Source: Macrostomum lignano (Eukaryota). Taken from it: a stretch of 64,000 nucleotides of DNA. Each line of letters opens with the position of its first letter. The stretch's first letter is position 1. This document shows positions 39,657-53,207 of this stretch, one piece after another. The stretch spans positions 62,001-126,000 of the forward strand of contig NIVC01002921.1 in assembly GCA_002269645.1 (NCBI GenBank), read 5' to 3'. The notes beneath the pieces are model-generated. The model was not told the origin of the DNA, searched no databases, and saw nothing but the letters and a program-made list of their open reading frames with translations. A program made the position numbers and the translations under genes.

Positions 39657-42600
39657 TCAAGACAGCTGGTTTCCAAGAAACTGAGAATTAAGAGCCAGCA
39701 GAAGCTGTTGCTGCTGCTGCTGCTGCTGCTGTTGCTGCTGCTGTTGCTGCGCCAAGGTGGCCAGACTCAGCAGCTGGAGCTGGTGCTGATGCAGGTGCAG
39801 ATGCTGGTGCTGCTGCAACTGCTGGTGCTGGTGAAATCCGCCAGGCGGTCGCCTCCTGGAGTAGGGCGCCAGCCGGTGCTGGTGGTGGTTGTGGTGGTCC
39901 TCGCAGCCGGGCGATCCGTTGCACCTGGTCGATGACGGGTTGTCAAAGGCGGCCTTGTCCTGACGCACTCGGTCAAGCATGCCCAGCAGCTTCTTGATGG
40001 CGCCCTGGGTGAACTGCTCCGCCTCCAGGTCGGCTCGGTCCAGATTCAGCAGTCTGTCGAAGCTGTACTTCTTCAGCCTGTCGTGGTACTTGTGCATCCG
40101 GTGTGCCTTCAGCCAGGTGAGCAGCTTGGCGCTGTACTCTGAGCTGCAAAGGTGAGGGAAAGACATGGCGATGTGATAAGCATTGCTTTCTGCATTGATG
40201 AGACTGCAAGCGCCAGAAAGGAGCAGGTTAGGCGCTAGAAGAGAACAGGTGAGGCGCTAGAAGGGAACAGGTGAGGCGCTAGAAGGGAACAGGTGAGGCG
40301 CTAGAAGAGAACAGGTGAGGTGCTAGAAGGGAACAGTTGAGGTGCTAGAAGGGAACAGGTGAGGAGCTAGAAGAGAACAGGTGAGGCGCTAGAAGAGAAC
40401 AGGTGAGGTGCTAGAAGGGAACAGTTGAGGTGCTAGAAGGGAACAGGTGAGGAGCTAGAAGAGAACAGGTGAGGCGCTAGAAGAGAACAGGTGAGGCGCT
40501 AGAAGAGAACAGGTGAGGCGCTAGAAGAGAACAGGTGAGGCGCTAGAAGAGAACAGGTGAGGCGCTAGAAGAGAACAGGTGAGGCGCTAGAAGAGAACAG
40601 GTGAGGTGCTAGAAGGGAACAGGTGAGGTGCTAGAAGAGAACAGGTGAGGCGCTAGAAGGGAACAGGTGAGGTGCTAGAAGGGAACAGGTGAGGTGCTAG
40701 AAGAGAACAGGTGAGGCGCTAGAAGGGAACAGGTGAGGTGCTAGAAGGGAACAGGTGAGGTGCTAGAAGAGAACAGGTGAGGCGCTAGAAGAGAACAGGT
40801 GAGGCGCTAGAAGGGAACAGGTGAGGCGCTAGAAGAGAACAGGTGAGGCGCTAGAAGAGAACAGGTGAGGCGCTAGAAGAGAACAGGTGAGGCGCTAGAA
40901 GAGAACAGGTGAGGAGCTAGAAGAGAACAGTTAATATCGCAGCGAACTCACCCGCCTCTCTGACTTCCATTGTGTTCAATGGGCAGCTTTGCTGCTGCCT
41001 GAAGCGGTTTGGCGACCTGCTGTGGCTGCGACTTCAAAGTTTGCGGCTGAATCTGATGCGGCAGCGGCTGCGGCAGAATTCCCAGGCCTTGGCGAATTGA
41101 GAGCAGAAAGTCCGATCCAGATTGCAAACTTTGAGATTTTCATGACTCAGTTGCTTCATTAATAACAGCAGCAGCATTGATAACAGTCCCTGCCGTCAGA
41201 TTTCAGCCATGGACAACTTTTTAAAGAAAAAACTTGAAAGTCACTCCGAATCTACCAGACTCCCAGCGAAAGTCACTCCTAATCCCCCTGAAAGTCACTC
41301 CCAGCACCCCAGAAAGTTAATCCAAAGACCACCGAGAGTTACTCCCAATCCCCCAGAAAGTCACTCCCAACGTCTCGAAAGTCACTCTCAAGCTCCCAGA
41401 AAGTCACTCCCAACCTACCGAAAAGTCACTCTCAGCACCTCGGAAAGTCACGGATGGAATGTCACTCCTAGCACCCCAGAATGTCACTCTCAGTCGCCCG
41501 TAAATTCGTAAATTCACTCTCAATCTCCCAGGAAGTTACTCCTAACTCTCCGGAAAGTCACTTAGCACTCAAGAAAGTGATTATCTACTCAAGAAAGTCA
41601 CTCCCAAGTCCCAGCCGCCGAGCCCAGGTTGCGACTGTCCGGCAGTTAGCATGGTCTCGGACGCCCCCAGACCCGAGAGGGGCTTCGTGCTAAACAAGCA
41701 ATTATTTCCAACGCAGGGCAGACTCGGAGCAACAGTGGGAGGCTTTTGTCAATTACGGCTGCCAAAGGGGAGACAAAAGAAGGGAGGCCTCAGTTCGGGG
41801 GATGAGGACGGGGCTGGGGGTTCGTTTCTCGGGTTGCCGTGTTTCCCAGCCGGTGTAATTAACGAGTGGGAGCCCTCTGAGTCTGGGCTGAGCTCTGCAG
41901 GCGACTGACCCAACTCAATCTGGGAGGCTGGCGAGCAGCTTCATCCAATCTCACTCTTCCCGCCCTCTCGCTGCCTCACTCAGCTGTCGGACTCCCATTT
42001 CGTGTGTTCCACTTTCTACTTTTTTCTCCCCCCTTCTTACAGAGCAGTTTGCCCTAATGAGCCGCTGGGAGGTTGGACTGGGGAGGATGGCGTGAGGCCG
42101 GGGGGGGAGCCGAGCCGGGAACTCCAAGGTCTGCTCTTCTGCTTCCGGGTGAAAGCAAACGGAGGCAACGCTTAAATGTTCTTCTATCTGTTCTTGCATC
42201 AATGTTATATCGATATATTTTTATACCGACTTTTATTAGGGTGCTGAAGGTGCCGCACTCAAGTGCCGGGGGTTCGATTCCCGCATGGGTGTGCTCACAC
42301 ACTCGCAATCTCTGAGGGTGAGCAACTCACCTTCAGGAGTCAGCGGAATGGAGCTGCGGCAGCGCCCAGAACCCCCCCCCTGCCGACTGACTAATTTATG
42401 TAATGTAACTAATTTATACTGACATTCTAAATGTCACCATCCGTTCGCACACCTGAGACTTTCTGGAAAATCACTCATACCAGATTAAAATTAAGGTAAC
42501 TCCTCAAAACAGACTGTCGATAGCAGGTTAATAAAGTCACTCAAGAGCACCAGAGAGCCACTCCCAGCACACCAGAAAGTCACACCCAGCACCCCAGAGA

Positions 42601-43426
42601 GCCACTCCCAGCACACCAGAAAGTCACTCCCAGCACCCCAGAAAGTCACTCCCAGCACCCCAGAAAGTCACTCCCAGCACCCCAGAAAGTCACTCCCAGC
42701 ACCCCAGAAAGTCACTCCCAGCACCCCAGAGAGCCACTCCCAGCACACCAGAAAGTCACTCCCAGCACCCCAGAAAGTCACTCCCAGCACCCCAGAAAGT
42801 CACTCCCAGCACCCCAGAAAGTCACTCCCAGCACCCCAGAAAGTCACTCCCAGCACCCTAGAAAGTCACTCCCAGCACCCCAGAAAGTCACTCCCAGCAC
42901 CCCAGAAAGTCACTCCCTGCCACCCCAGAAAGTCACTCCCAGCACCCCAGAAAGTCACTCCCAGCACCCCAGAAAGTCACTCCCAGCCACCCCAGAAAGT
43001 CACTCCCAGCACCCCAGAAAGTCATTCCCAGCACCTTAGAAAGTCACTCCCAGTACCTCAGAAAGTCACTCCCAGCACCCCAGAAAGTCACTCCCAGCAC
43101 CCCAGAAAGTCACTCTAGCTTCACTCCAACTCACCCGCCAGCATCGCCTGCTGGCTGTTCAACGCAGCTAGCTGGCCGCCGAGTCCGGTTCCCGCAGTCT
43201 GGGCAAAGTAGGCCGCAGCGGCGGCGGCGGCGGCAGAAGACTGCGAGGCTGGCAGCAGCGCGGCGGGTGGCAACAACAGTCCAGGCGGCTGCTGCTGCTG
43301 CTGCACCTGGGCAAATGCGGCCAGGAATGCCTGCTGCTGCTGCTGCGATGCAGAGCCGGAGGCCATGACAGCCTGGCTGGGGTACAGCAGCTGGGCACTT
43401 GACAGCGAGTAGAGCTGCATCTGCAT
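39657..43426 (-). CDS. Smaug/Vts1-type SAM-domain protein with Q/A/H-rich low-complexity regions; probable exons 43426-43135, (42390-42331 optional), 42138-41955, 41128-40952, 40143-39657
   Basis: Last exon LTWLKAHRMHKYHDRLKKYSFDRLLNLDRADLEAEQFTQGAIKKLLGML resembles the WLKSLRLHKY...GA..KL SAM of Smaug/Vts1/ZCCHC14. The exon chain is phase-compatible (1,1,2,2), but the middle exons are less certain. Confidence 0.7.
40225..40930. repeat. 22-bp minisatellite (gaacaggtgaggcgctagaaga)n in an intron of the SAM gene
   Basis: Direct tandem repeats. Confidence 0.92.
42535..43115. repeat. 22-bp minisatellite (agaaagtcactcccagcacccc)n; degenerate relative at ~41235-41620
   Basis: Direct tandem repeats. 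Confidence 0.9.
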
Positions 43427-45075
43427 CGCTGGCTTGGCTAACAGGCGAATGAATTTGCAAAACAATCAGATATGGATGGCAGAGACAGAGGTAGGCAGAG
43501 AGTTGGTCACTTAAAACTCGGCCAGAGCAGGTGCTTTTTGCCTTTTATTTTAACTTGCTCCGTAAGCTATTCTCGAGACCGAGTGGCGTGAGAGAGGGAG
43601 AGAGAGAGAGAGAGAGAGAGAGAAATTGAGAAATATACACAGAGAGAAATGAATATGAATGGCGGTTAACCCCCCCCCCCTGCAGGTAGTTGTTGAGGTC
43701 GGGTTTTAGCGAGAGATCTTAGCGAGAGCTCTCATTGGCTGGAGATGCAAGCAGACTGGGAGACTGGGGGGGGGGGGTTGAAGGACACTAAAGCCAATAA
43801 ATTGGGGAATTTACGAGCTGAGCTGCTGGTTGACGAATGCGAGAAAACGAGAGTAGGTTTTTTGGCGATCATTTTGCTTTGATAGTGAGACTGCATTCTT
43901 TCATTCTCCTTCTGTACTGACTCGATCTGATTATGCTATTCTTCTGCCTTTTCCGCCTTCTTGAGATCATTAATCTCTGTTAGAAAACTCGCACATCTAC
44001 TTCTTGTGCCCCGCAGTCTCACTTTCTCACGAATCTCATTCTCCTCATGCATCTCATTCTCCTAATGCATCTCATTCTCCTCATGCATCTCATTCTCCTT
44101 CTCATGCATCTCATTCTCCTAATGCATCTCATTCTCCTCATGCATCTCATTCTCCTTCTCATGCATCTCATTCTCCTTCTCATGCATCTCATTCTCCTTC
44201 TCATGCATCTCACTCTCCTTCTCATGAATCTCATTCTCCTTCTCATGCATCTCACTCTCCTTCTCATGCATCTCATTCTCCTTCTCATTCACCTCACTCT
44301 CCTTCTCATGCATCTCTCCCTCACACATCTATCTGATAAGCCTCCTTCTCATGCATTTCGCTACCAAAAAGCCTATTAAATTTAACTTCTAGCGAGGTAA
44401 TTGCTCAGTAGAGGTGAAACTGCCAACCGCTGGAATTAAAAATTAGTTAAACAAAGACGCAGATCGTTATGCTGTGAGAAAGCCACTTTCTATGCACCTG
44501 TTGCGCAAATATTAACAACACCGTTAATTTAGCTTGGGAACCAAGGCAAAGGCCCAATAATGAGTTAATATGCATATGAAACTCGGTACAGGGCTGCAGG
44601 TTCAGCTCTCTGCATGGCCGCTGCCCGTCCAACACTGTTGCGCATAAACAAAATGGCTTTTTTGCAACTCTTTCAAACCACCTTCAGGCTTTCTCTAATT
44701 CTTTAAAAGGCACTGCAGTCAGTGCTGGTTTCTTTTCATAAGCTGCATTAGCTGAATATGACTAAGTGCTAATGTGCTGCGTTGCGCTTTGCATGCCGAG
44801 TTTTTCTGCCCTCGAGACTTTTTTGGCTTTGATTTTGCTTTAATAAATTATGCCTGTAGCTACGAGCGCAAGTGAATGGGGACCAGCAGTTTTCTTGCAG
44901 CTTTCTTCTCAGTCTGACAGCAGTATGCGCCAGCAAAATTTGAATTCTTTTTAGAGATGTCAATAGCACTCAAAGTAGCAGCCGACTAGCTCACAGCCAA
45001 AGACCACATCTAGCTCATAGGATGGGCGGTTATAGACCCACACCCTGCATGAGAGGCCACAGGCAACAAACAAAC

Positions 45076-45550
<475 letters not shown>

Positions 45551-45739
45551 ATGACAATCAAATAAAAAATATACTTTTCTGCGATTGACAATGGACAATT
45601 TGGATAATTTTGACACTGTTAGTAGTGTCCAGTCTATTTTATTTTCACTTTGCTTTGAATTCGCTTTAATCAGTGCATTTTATTACTTCCTGTGAGTGTT
45701 TCTTTTTAACAAATGATCAAGACTTTAGGGGATAAAACT

Positions 45740-45984
45740 TCAGCCAACGATCCAGACATATCCAGTCTCGTTGGCGAAGGCGGTGGCGAAGCTGCTGAGG
45801 CGGCAGAGGCCGCTGCTGCTGTTGAAGCGATAGGAGGAGCAGCTGGCAGTCCGGGCGCAGGAGGCGGTGCACTTCATCCGGCTCTGCGTCTTGACGTCCC
45901 AGCCCAGGGAGCCGGCGAATGCAGCGGTGGTGACCAGCGGAGGAGCGGCAGAGGCGGCGAACTTGCGAAAATTTATCTGGGATC
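45740..45984 (-). CDS. Orphan PAN/apple-like terminal exon (copy A) of the WSC-PAN family; its own WSC exon is absent
   Basis: Intact ttgcag acceptor and open frame ..SQINFRKF..MKCTASCARTASCSSYRFNSSSGLCRL..VWIVG*. The upstream intron is cut at ~46043 by a 21-mer array. Confidence 0.65.
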
Positions 45985-46043
45985 CTGCAACCGGAGAATG
46001 ATGAGGCTGAACATCGCCGAGTTGAATACCATTTAACATACCA

Positions 46044-46520
46044 CTCTCCTTCTCATGCATCTCATTCTCCTTCTCATGCATCTCATTCTCCTTCTCATGC
46101 ATCTCACTCTCCTTCTCATGAATCTCATTCTCCTTCTCATGCATCTCACTCTCCTTCTCATGCATCTCATTCTCCTTCTCATGCATCTCACTCTCCTTCT
46201 CATGCATCTCATTCTCCTTCTCATGCATCTCACTCTCCTTCTCATGCATCTCATTCTCCTTCTCATGCATCTCACTCTCCTTCTCATGAATCTCATTCTC
46301 CTTCTCATGCATCTCACTCTCCTTCTCATGCATCTCAGTCTCCTTCTCATGAATCTCATTCTCCTTCTCATGCATCTCACTCTCCTTCTCATGCATCTCA
46401 GTCTCCTTCTCATGAATCTCACTCTCCTTCTCATGCATCTCATTCTCCTTCTCATTCATCTCATTCTCCTTCTCATTCACCTCATTCACCTCACTCTCCT
46501 TCTCATGCATCTCTCCCTCA
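46044..46520. repeat. 21-bp minisatellite (ctcatgcatctcattctcctt)n; shorter copy at 44030-44330
   Basis: Direct tandem repeats at the duplication junction. Confidence 0.9.
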
Positions 46521-47276
46521 CACATCTATCTGATAAGCCTCCTTCTCATGCATTTCGCTACCAAAAAGCCTATTAAATTTAACTTCTAGCGAGGTAATTG
46601 CTCAGTAGAGGTGAAACTGCCAACCGCTGGAATTAAAAATTAGTTAAACAAAGACGCAGATCGTTATGCTGTGAGAAAGCCACTTTCTATGCACCTGTTG
46701 CGCAAATATTAACAACACCGTTAATTTAGCTTGGGAACCAAGGCAAAGGCCCAATAATGAGTTAATATGCATATGAAACTCGGTACAGGGCTGCAGGTTC
46801 AGCTCTCTGCATGGCCGCTGCCCGTCCAACACTGTTGCGCATAAACAAAATGGCTTTTTTGCAACTCTTTCAAACCACCTTCAGGCTTTCTCTAATTCTT
46901 TAAAAGGCACTGCAGTCAGTGCTGGTTTCTTTTCATAAGCTGCATTAGCTGAATATGACTAAGTGCTAATGTGCTGCGTTGCGCTTTGCATGCCGAGTTT
47001 TTCTGCCCTCGAGACTTTTTTGGCTTTGATTTTGCTTTAATAAATTATGCCTGTAGCTACGAGCGCAAGTGAATGGGGACCAGCAGTTTTCTTGCAGCTT
47101 TCTTCTCAGTCTGACAGCAGTATGCGCCAGCAAAATTTGAATTCTTTTTAGAGATGTCAATAGCACTCAAAGTAGCAGCCGACTAGCTCACAGCCAAAGA
47201 CCACATCTAGCTCATAGGATGGGCGGTTATAGACCCACACCCTGCATGAGAGGCCACAGGCAACAAACAAACAAAC

Positions 47277-48605
<1,329 letters not shown>

Positions 48606-48783
48606 GACAATCAAATAAAAAATATACTTTTCTGCGATTGACAATGGACAATTTGGATAATTTTGACACTGTTAGTAGTGTCCAGTCTATTTTATTTTCA
48701 CTTTGCTTTGAATTCGCTTTAATCAGTGCATTTTATTACCTCCTGTGAGTGTTTCTTTTTAACAAATGATCAAGACTTTAGGC

Positions 48784-49556
48784 TCAATTGGGGATAAAAC
48801 TTCCGCCAACGATCCAGACATATCCAGTCTCGTTGGCGAAGGCGGTGGCGAAGCTGCTGAGGCGGCAGAGGCCGCTGCTGCTGTTGAAGCGATAGGAGGA
48901 GCAGCTGGCAGTCCGGGCGCAGAAGGCGGCGCACTGCATCCGGCTCTGCGTCTTGACGTCCCAGCCCAGGGAGCCGGCGAATGCAGCGGTGGTGACCAGC
49001 GGAGGAGCGGCAGAGGCGGCGAACTTGCGAAAATTGATCGGTGATCCTGAAACCGGAGAATGATGAGGTTGGACATCGCCGAGTTGAATACCATTTAACA
49101 TACCAAAGCACTCGGTAGCGTTCGCTCACTCGTTGGCTGAAAATTCTCGTAGATGGAGTTTCTGAACCCTCCGCCGCAGATCTGGCCAGCATTCCCAGAG
49201 CAGCTGGTGCTGCACTCAGAGTCTGGCGCGGGACCCGAGGAGCCGTAGCTGGAGCCGCACATGCAGTGCCTGAAATGCTGCAGTCCGAAGTACCGGAAGC
49301 CGCCGTAGACGCAGATCTCGCTGCACAGCTGCACCGTCATGTCGGCTCTTTTTACAGCCGCCTGGGCCATGTAGGTGACGCTGAACGGGCCGAGCTGGGC
49401 GATGCCAACGAGGCCCCGCAAGTCTCTGCTGGGAGCAGCTCGGTCTCTGAAGCAGCCGACGTAGACCGGAGTGGCTCTGCGCTGGCACAGCGACCCGGAG
49501 ACCAGCAGAGCGGCCACCGCAACACTGAGCAATGCTGTGCGACTGCACTGTTGCAT
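48784..49556 (-). CDS. Secreted WSC + PAN/apple-like protein (copy B); exons 49556-49130, 49046-48784
   Basis: Signal peptide and WSC motif (YVGCF.D..RDL..MTVQLCSEIC..GFRYFGLQ...CMCG....SEC..SCSGN..QICGG..RNSIY). An 83-nt phase-1 GT-AG intron leads to a PAN-like C-x3-C-x5-C..Y.F....C exon. Confidence 0.85.
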
Positions 49557-50229
49557 CGAAACCTGTCTGCCTGGAGTGGTTTTTCACCTGCGAGTATATG
49601 GCATTTCGCATAAATATGAGCTGTGTTGTAGATAGAATCAATACCAGCTAGTCTGCCCTAGTCTGACACTTTTAAATTCTTTTTTTACTACTTGGTAACT
49701 TGATGATGAGAAGGACGGCGTGCATGCAAACCATATGCAGCCTTTCTCAGAGGAAGGCGGTTACAGAAATCGCTTGAAACTGGAGACTGATTGGAGCGAT
49801 GAGGTGTTAGATGCTGGGGTGAATGAGCCGTTGGGACATACGTTCTCTTGACAGGTTTCTTAAACTCAAAAGAATATTTACTCTGATAGATATTGATTGA
49901 CAGCTTTTCCGATTTGCTGCCTGTCAGTTGGTTCGAGAGAATTCTACTAAAAATTAAACTCATGTAGTGAGCCGCTAGTTTAGTGTTAGGCGTCCCCCCT
50001 TTGTCAGCAGTTTTCTTCGCCCTCGCCCTCGCGGGTCGCTGTCTGCCGCTGGTCAGCCTCCCGCACCCTCTTGTCTGCCTGTTTGCCGTTCCCGCTCCCC
50101 CTTTTTCTGTCTGTTTTCTGCGCTCTTGTTTGCAGACATGATTTTCCCTGCTGTGGTCTGCTCTTGTTTCCGTTCCCGTCCTGTGGTCACAAGTCACATG
50201 ACAAGTCTTGCTTTCTCGAAGTCCTAAAG

Positions 50230-50460
50230 TGCAGTAAACATGTTTACTGCAACGGCTGGTCCGTGTTTACTGGGGAATCACGTGCCCGAGGCCCTTATCT
50301 TCTCTAAGGAAAAGGGGTGACTCATGTTTCTAAAAATAGACACTGAGTCACAGCCTGGCGCACTCTGCCCGGGACCCCAAGTGACGCCAGTTCTAAAAAT
50401 AGAACAAAGTCACGAGGTCTTGTGCGCATTGGGGCAGTGGAGAATCCCGCCTATAAATAC
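50230..50460 (+). promoter_or_regulatory. Motif-dense promoter/enhancer (possibly LTR U3)
   Basis: 22-bp palindrome with two GTAAACA sites (50230-50251), CACGTG 50279, TGACTCA 50318, CTAAAAATAG 50330 and 50393, TGAGTCA 50344, ATTGG ~50428, TATAAATA 50452. Confidence 0.55.
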
Positions 50461-51150
50461 GGATCCCCTCGGCCCTCACCTCACCCTTGGATCAGTCAAG
50501 GAGTCCTTTCTCGGTTTCACTGTTCTCCAACCGTTCGTTCGTCCGCGTGTGCGTACAACTTATCATTCTTTTCTTTGCCTGACCATCCAGCCCAGGCCCG
50601 AGCCTACGAGAGGCTACCTCAGTCCTCCCAACCGCCCTATAAGCCCAACAGGATCTGCTGACGAGACGCCCTGTTCGTTGAACTGCAATTCTGCATACGG
50701 TGCTGTATTCGGTCGTCTTAATTATTTCGTCCCGACAGAAGCTCACCTCACCAAAGGCCGAGACCCGACGGACTGGTGGCAGGCAGCACTACCTTACCTA
50801 TGCTATTGAGAGCTACAAGAGAACTTCCAAGAAGAGGCGCGAGACTTAAGGCAGAAATTAAGTGCCTGTAAATCGGGAAGTGAACGCTCTATCTTCACTG
50901 GTGGCAGCGGTGATATTCCAAGACCTACCAGGCCACCCCGAGACAACCTATACTTCACTCACATAAAGACTCTGTTTTCGTGCAAAAGACTCAAGTCTAG
51001 ACACAACCGCACACCAACGTGTTATTTGAATGTTCTTTGGTTCAAGTCTGCCTCCAAAAAGCTTTCATAACCTAAATCCGGTGTATTTCTAAGAGCAAAC
51101 ACAGATCACAGTTCAAGTCTCTTTTTCAGGTCAGTCTGGACTCTGAATGT

Positions 51151-51890
51151 TCAGCCGACGATCCAGACATCGCCAGTCTCGTTGGCGAAGGCGGTGGCGA
51201 AGCTGCTGAGGCGGCAGAGGCCGCTGCTGCTGTTGAAGCGAAAGGAGGAGCAGCTGGCAGTCCGGGCGCAGTAGTCGGCGCAGTCGACCAGGCTCTCCGC
51301 TTTGCGTTCCCAGCCCATTGAGCCGGCGAATTCGGCAGTGGTGACCAGCGGAGGGGCGACAAAGGCAGCGAACTTGTGAAAATTGGTCAGTAATCCTGCA
51401 ACACGAGAATTATGAGGTTTGGTACCAACTGAGATTAGTGACACTTAAAACATCAAAGCTTTCGCTGCATTCGCTTACTCAATGGGTGCACGTTCTCGTA
51501 GATGGAGTTTCGGAGCGTACCGCCGCAGATCTGGCCGGCATTCCCAGAGCAGCTGGTGCTGCACTCAGATTCGGGCGTGGGACCCCAGGAGCCGTAGCTG
51601 GAGTCGCACACGCAGTTACTGTAATGCTGCACTCCGAAGTACCGGAAGCCGCCGTAGACGCAGATCTCGTAGCACAGCTGCACAGTCATGTCGCTTCTGA
51701 TCACAAGTCCTTGGCTCCTGTCGCTGATGCTAAATGGGCCGAGCTGGGCAATGCCAACGAGGCCCAGCATGTCTCTGTTGGCATGTCCTTGGTCAACAAA
51801 GCAGCCGACGTAGGCCGGAGTGGCTTTGCGCTGGCACAGCGACCCGGAGACCAGCAGAGCGGCGACAACAACGACCAGCTTGCAGCGCAT
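51151..51890 (-). CDS. Secreted WSC + PAN/apple-like protein (copy C); exons 51890-51479, 51395-51151
   Basis: Same architecture, 8 WSC Cys, 83-nt phase-1 intron (A|gtaag..tgcag|GA), stop after VWIVG. Confidence 0.85.
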
Positions 51891-52744
51891 TTTGAATAAG
51901 TTTTCGAGATGGGAGCATTGGTCGGGAGAATCTTCCCATATTTATTGACAACTCCTTCTTCTCCGTCAGCTCAAGAGAGGCGGAAAAAGTTTTGGCTTCT
52001 GAAGCTTCCCACTGCGGGCTCTCGCTGCAAAAGATCGATGGCTATTCAAATAAAAAACAATGCATTTCTTCTGCTCTCGTCGTCTGACGTAGAAAAAAAG
52101 TTTAGATTTTTTTTCTGCAAGATCTCCTAAGCGGGGAACAAGTAGTGTAGCTCTGCTATAGAAAATATGCATGAATCGACTCAAAGTCAAGCTCTGGGCT
52201 GAGCTGGAGGCCCGAGATGTGGAAGAGACCCACAGCTGCCAGATGCTGCATGAACGCTTGAAAGCGAAAGATGCAGTAAGTCTCCGAATTCGTCAGTATG
52301 CAAGTAGTGTCTCTAAAATAAGGGGGCAAAACTCCCCTTACTTCTAATTTCCTTGCTTCCTCTGCATCAAAAACTGGAAATTCCGTGGGGCCCGAGGAGC
52401 CTTCTCTCTCCGGGCCGCGGGTCCTTTGAAACTCGAGGTTTATGTCTCTTCTCAGCTCTCTTACCTCTCCTCTCTCCCCTCTCACTAGTCTTTACGGTCA
52501 TCTCTACTCTTCCTTATCTCTCATCCCATCTTCTCTCATCTTATCTTTCCATCTCTTATATTCTTTGAGCCCAGTGGAAAAATATTGAAAACATTCTGTG
52601 TGGATTCGAGCAAAGAACAGACTAATTTGTACACTGAGTTGACACACCTGTCAGGATCTGTGGCTTTTGGCTCCAGCCAGATAGTCAGGTTTCTCCACTG
52701 CCAAAAGTCTTTAAATAAAAAATAAGTATTTTGCCGACAAGGTC

Positions 52745-52830
52745 ATTGACAGACCGACCAACAAAGCAGCCGTCACAGACCGGAGCTGGCGCAGCGCCCC
52801 GGGAGCCAGCAGAGCGGCCAACTTAATGGC
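52745..52830 (-). pseudogene. 5' remnant of a WSC-PAN gene (signal peptide end and start of WSC domain)
   Basis: accaacaaagcagccgtcacagaccggag..ctggcgcagcgccccgggagccagcagagcggcca aligns with the AALL.SGSLCQ..TPVYVGCFVD region of the intact copies, with a deletion and substitutions. Confidence 0.55.
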
Positions 52831-53207
52831 ACTGGGAGCTGTCACTCAGCGTCTCTTCTTAAGTTGTGTTGTCTTGTCGAATTTCGCTGCTATTTGTATT
52901 GAAAAACAAAATTGCAAAAGCAAACGACGGCCAAGCGCTGCCCTCCGACTGTCACAGGCGGCATGAGATGAGAAAATTAATTAACAAGCTTAGTTTCAAA
53001 AAGCTGATGCTTCCAGAATCAAACTTAATTATGATTTGGTTACTCTTGACTTATTGCTTTTTTCAATAGATTGTAACAGCTCAGTAAAACAATTAAAATG
53101 ACATATCCCATTTGCAATAAATCCAGCAGATTAAAGGAACAAAACCGGAGCGTTACGTCCTGATACGGCAGCTCCTGGCGGTCAGATGCTGCCAGACGCT
53201 TGGGTCT

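Noticed and set aside
42255-42295. B-box-like ggttcgattcc
   Set aside because: No A-box or cloverleaf could be established; not callable as a tRNA.
45985-46525. (HEKENEM)n extension fused to PAN exon A in the ORF track
   Set aside because: Read-through of a 21-mer array and an intron remnant; the real acceptor is at 45985.
52156-52485. 109-aa minus-strand ORF between WSC copies C and D
   Set aside because: No recognisable motif; possibly a TE fragment.
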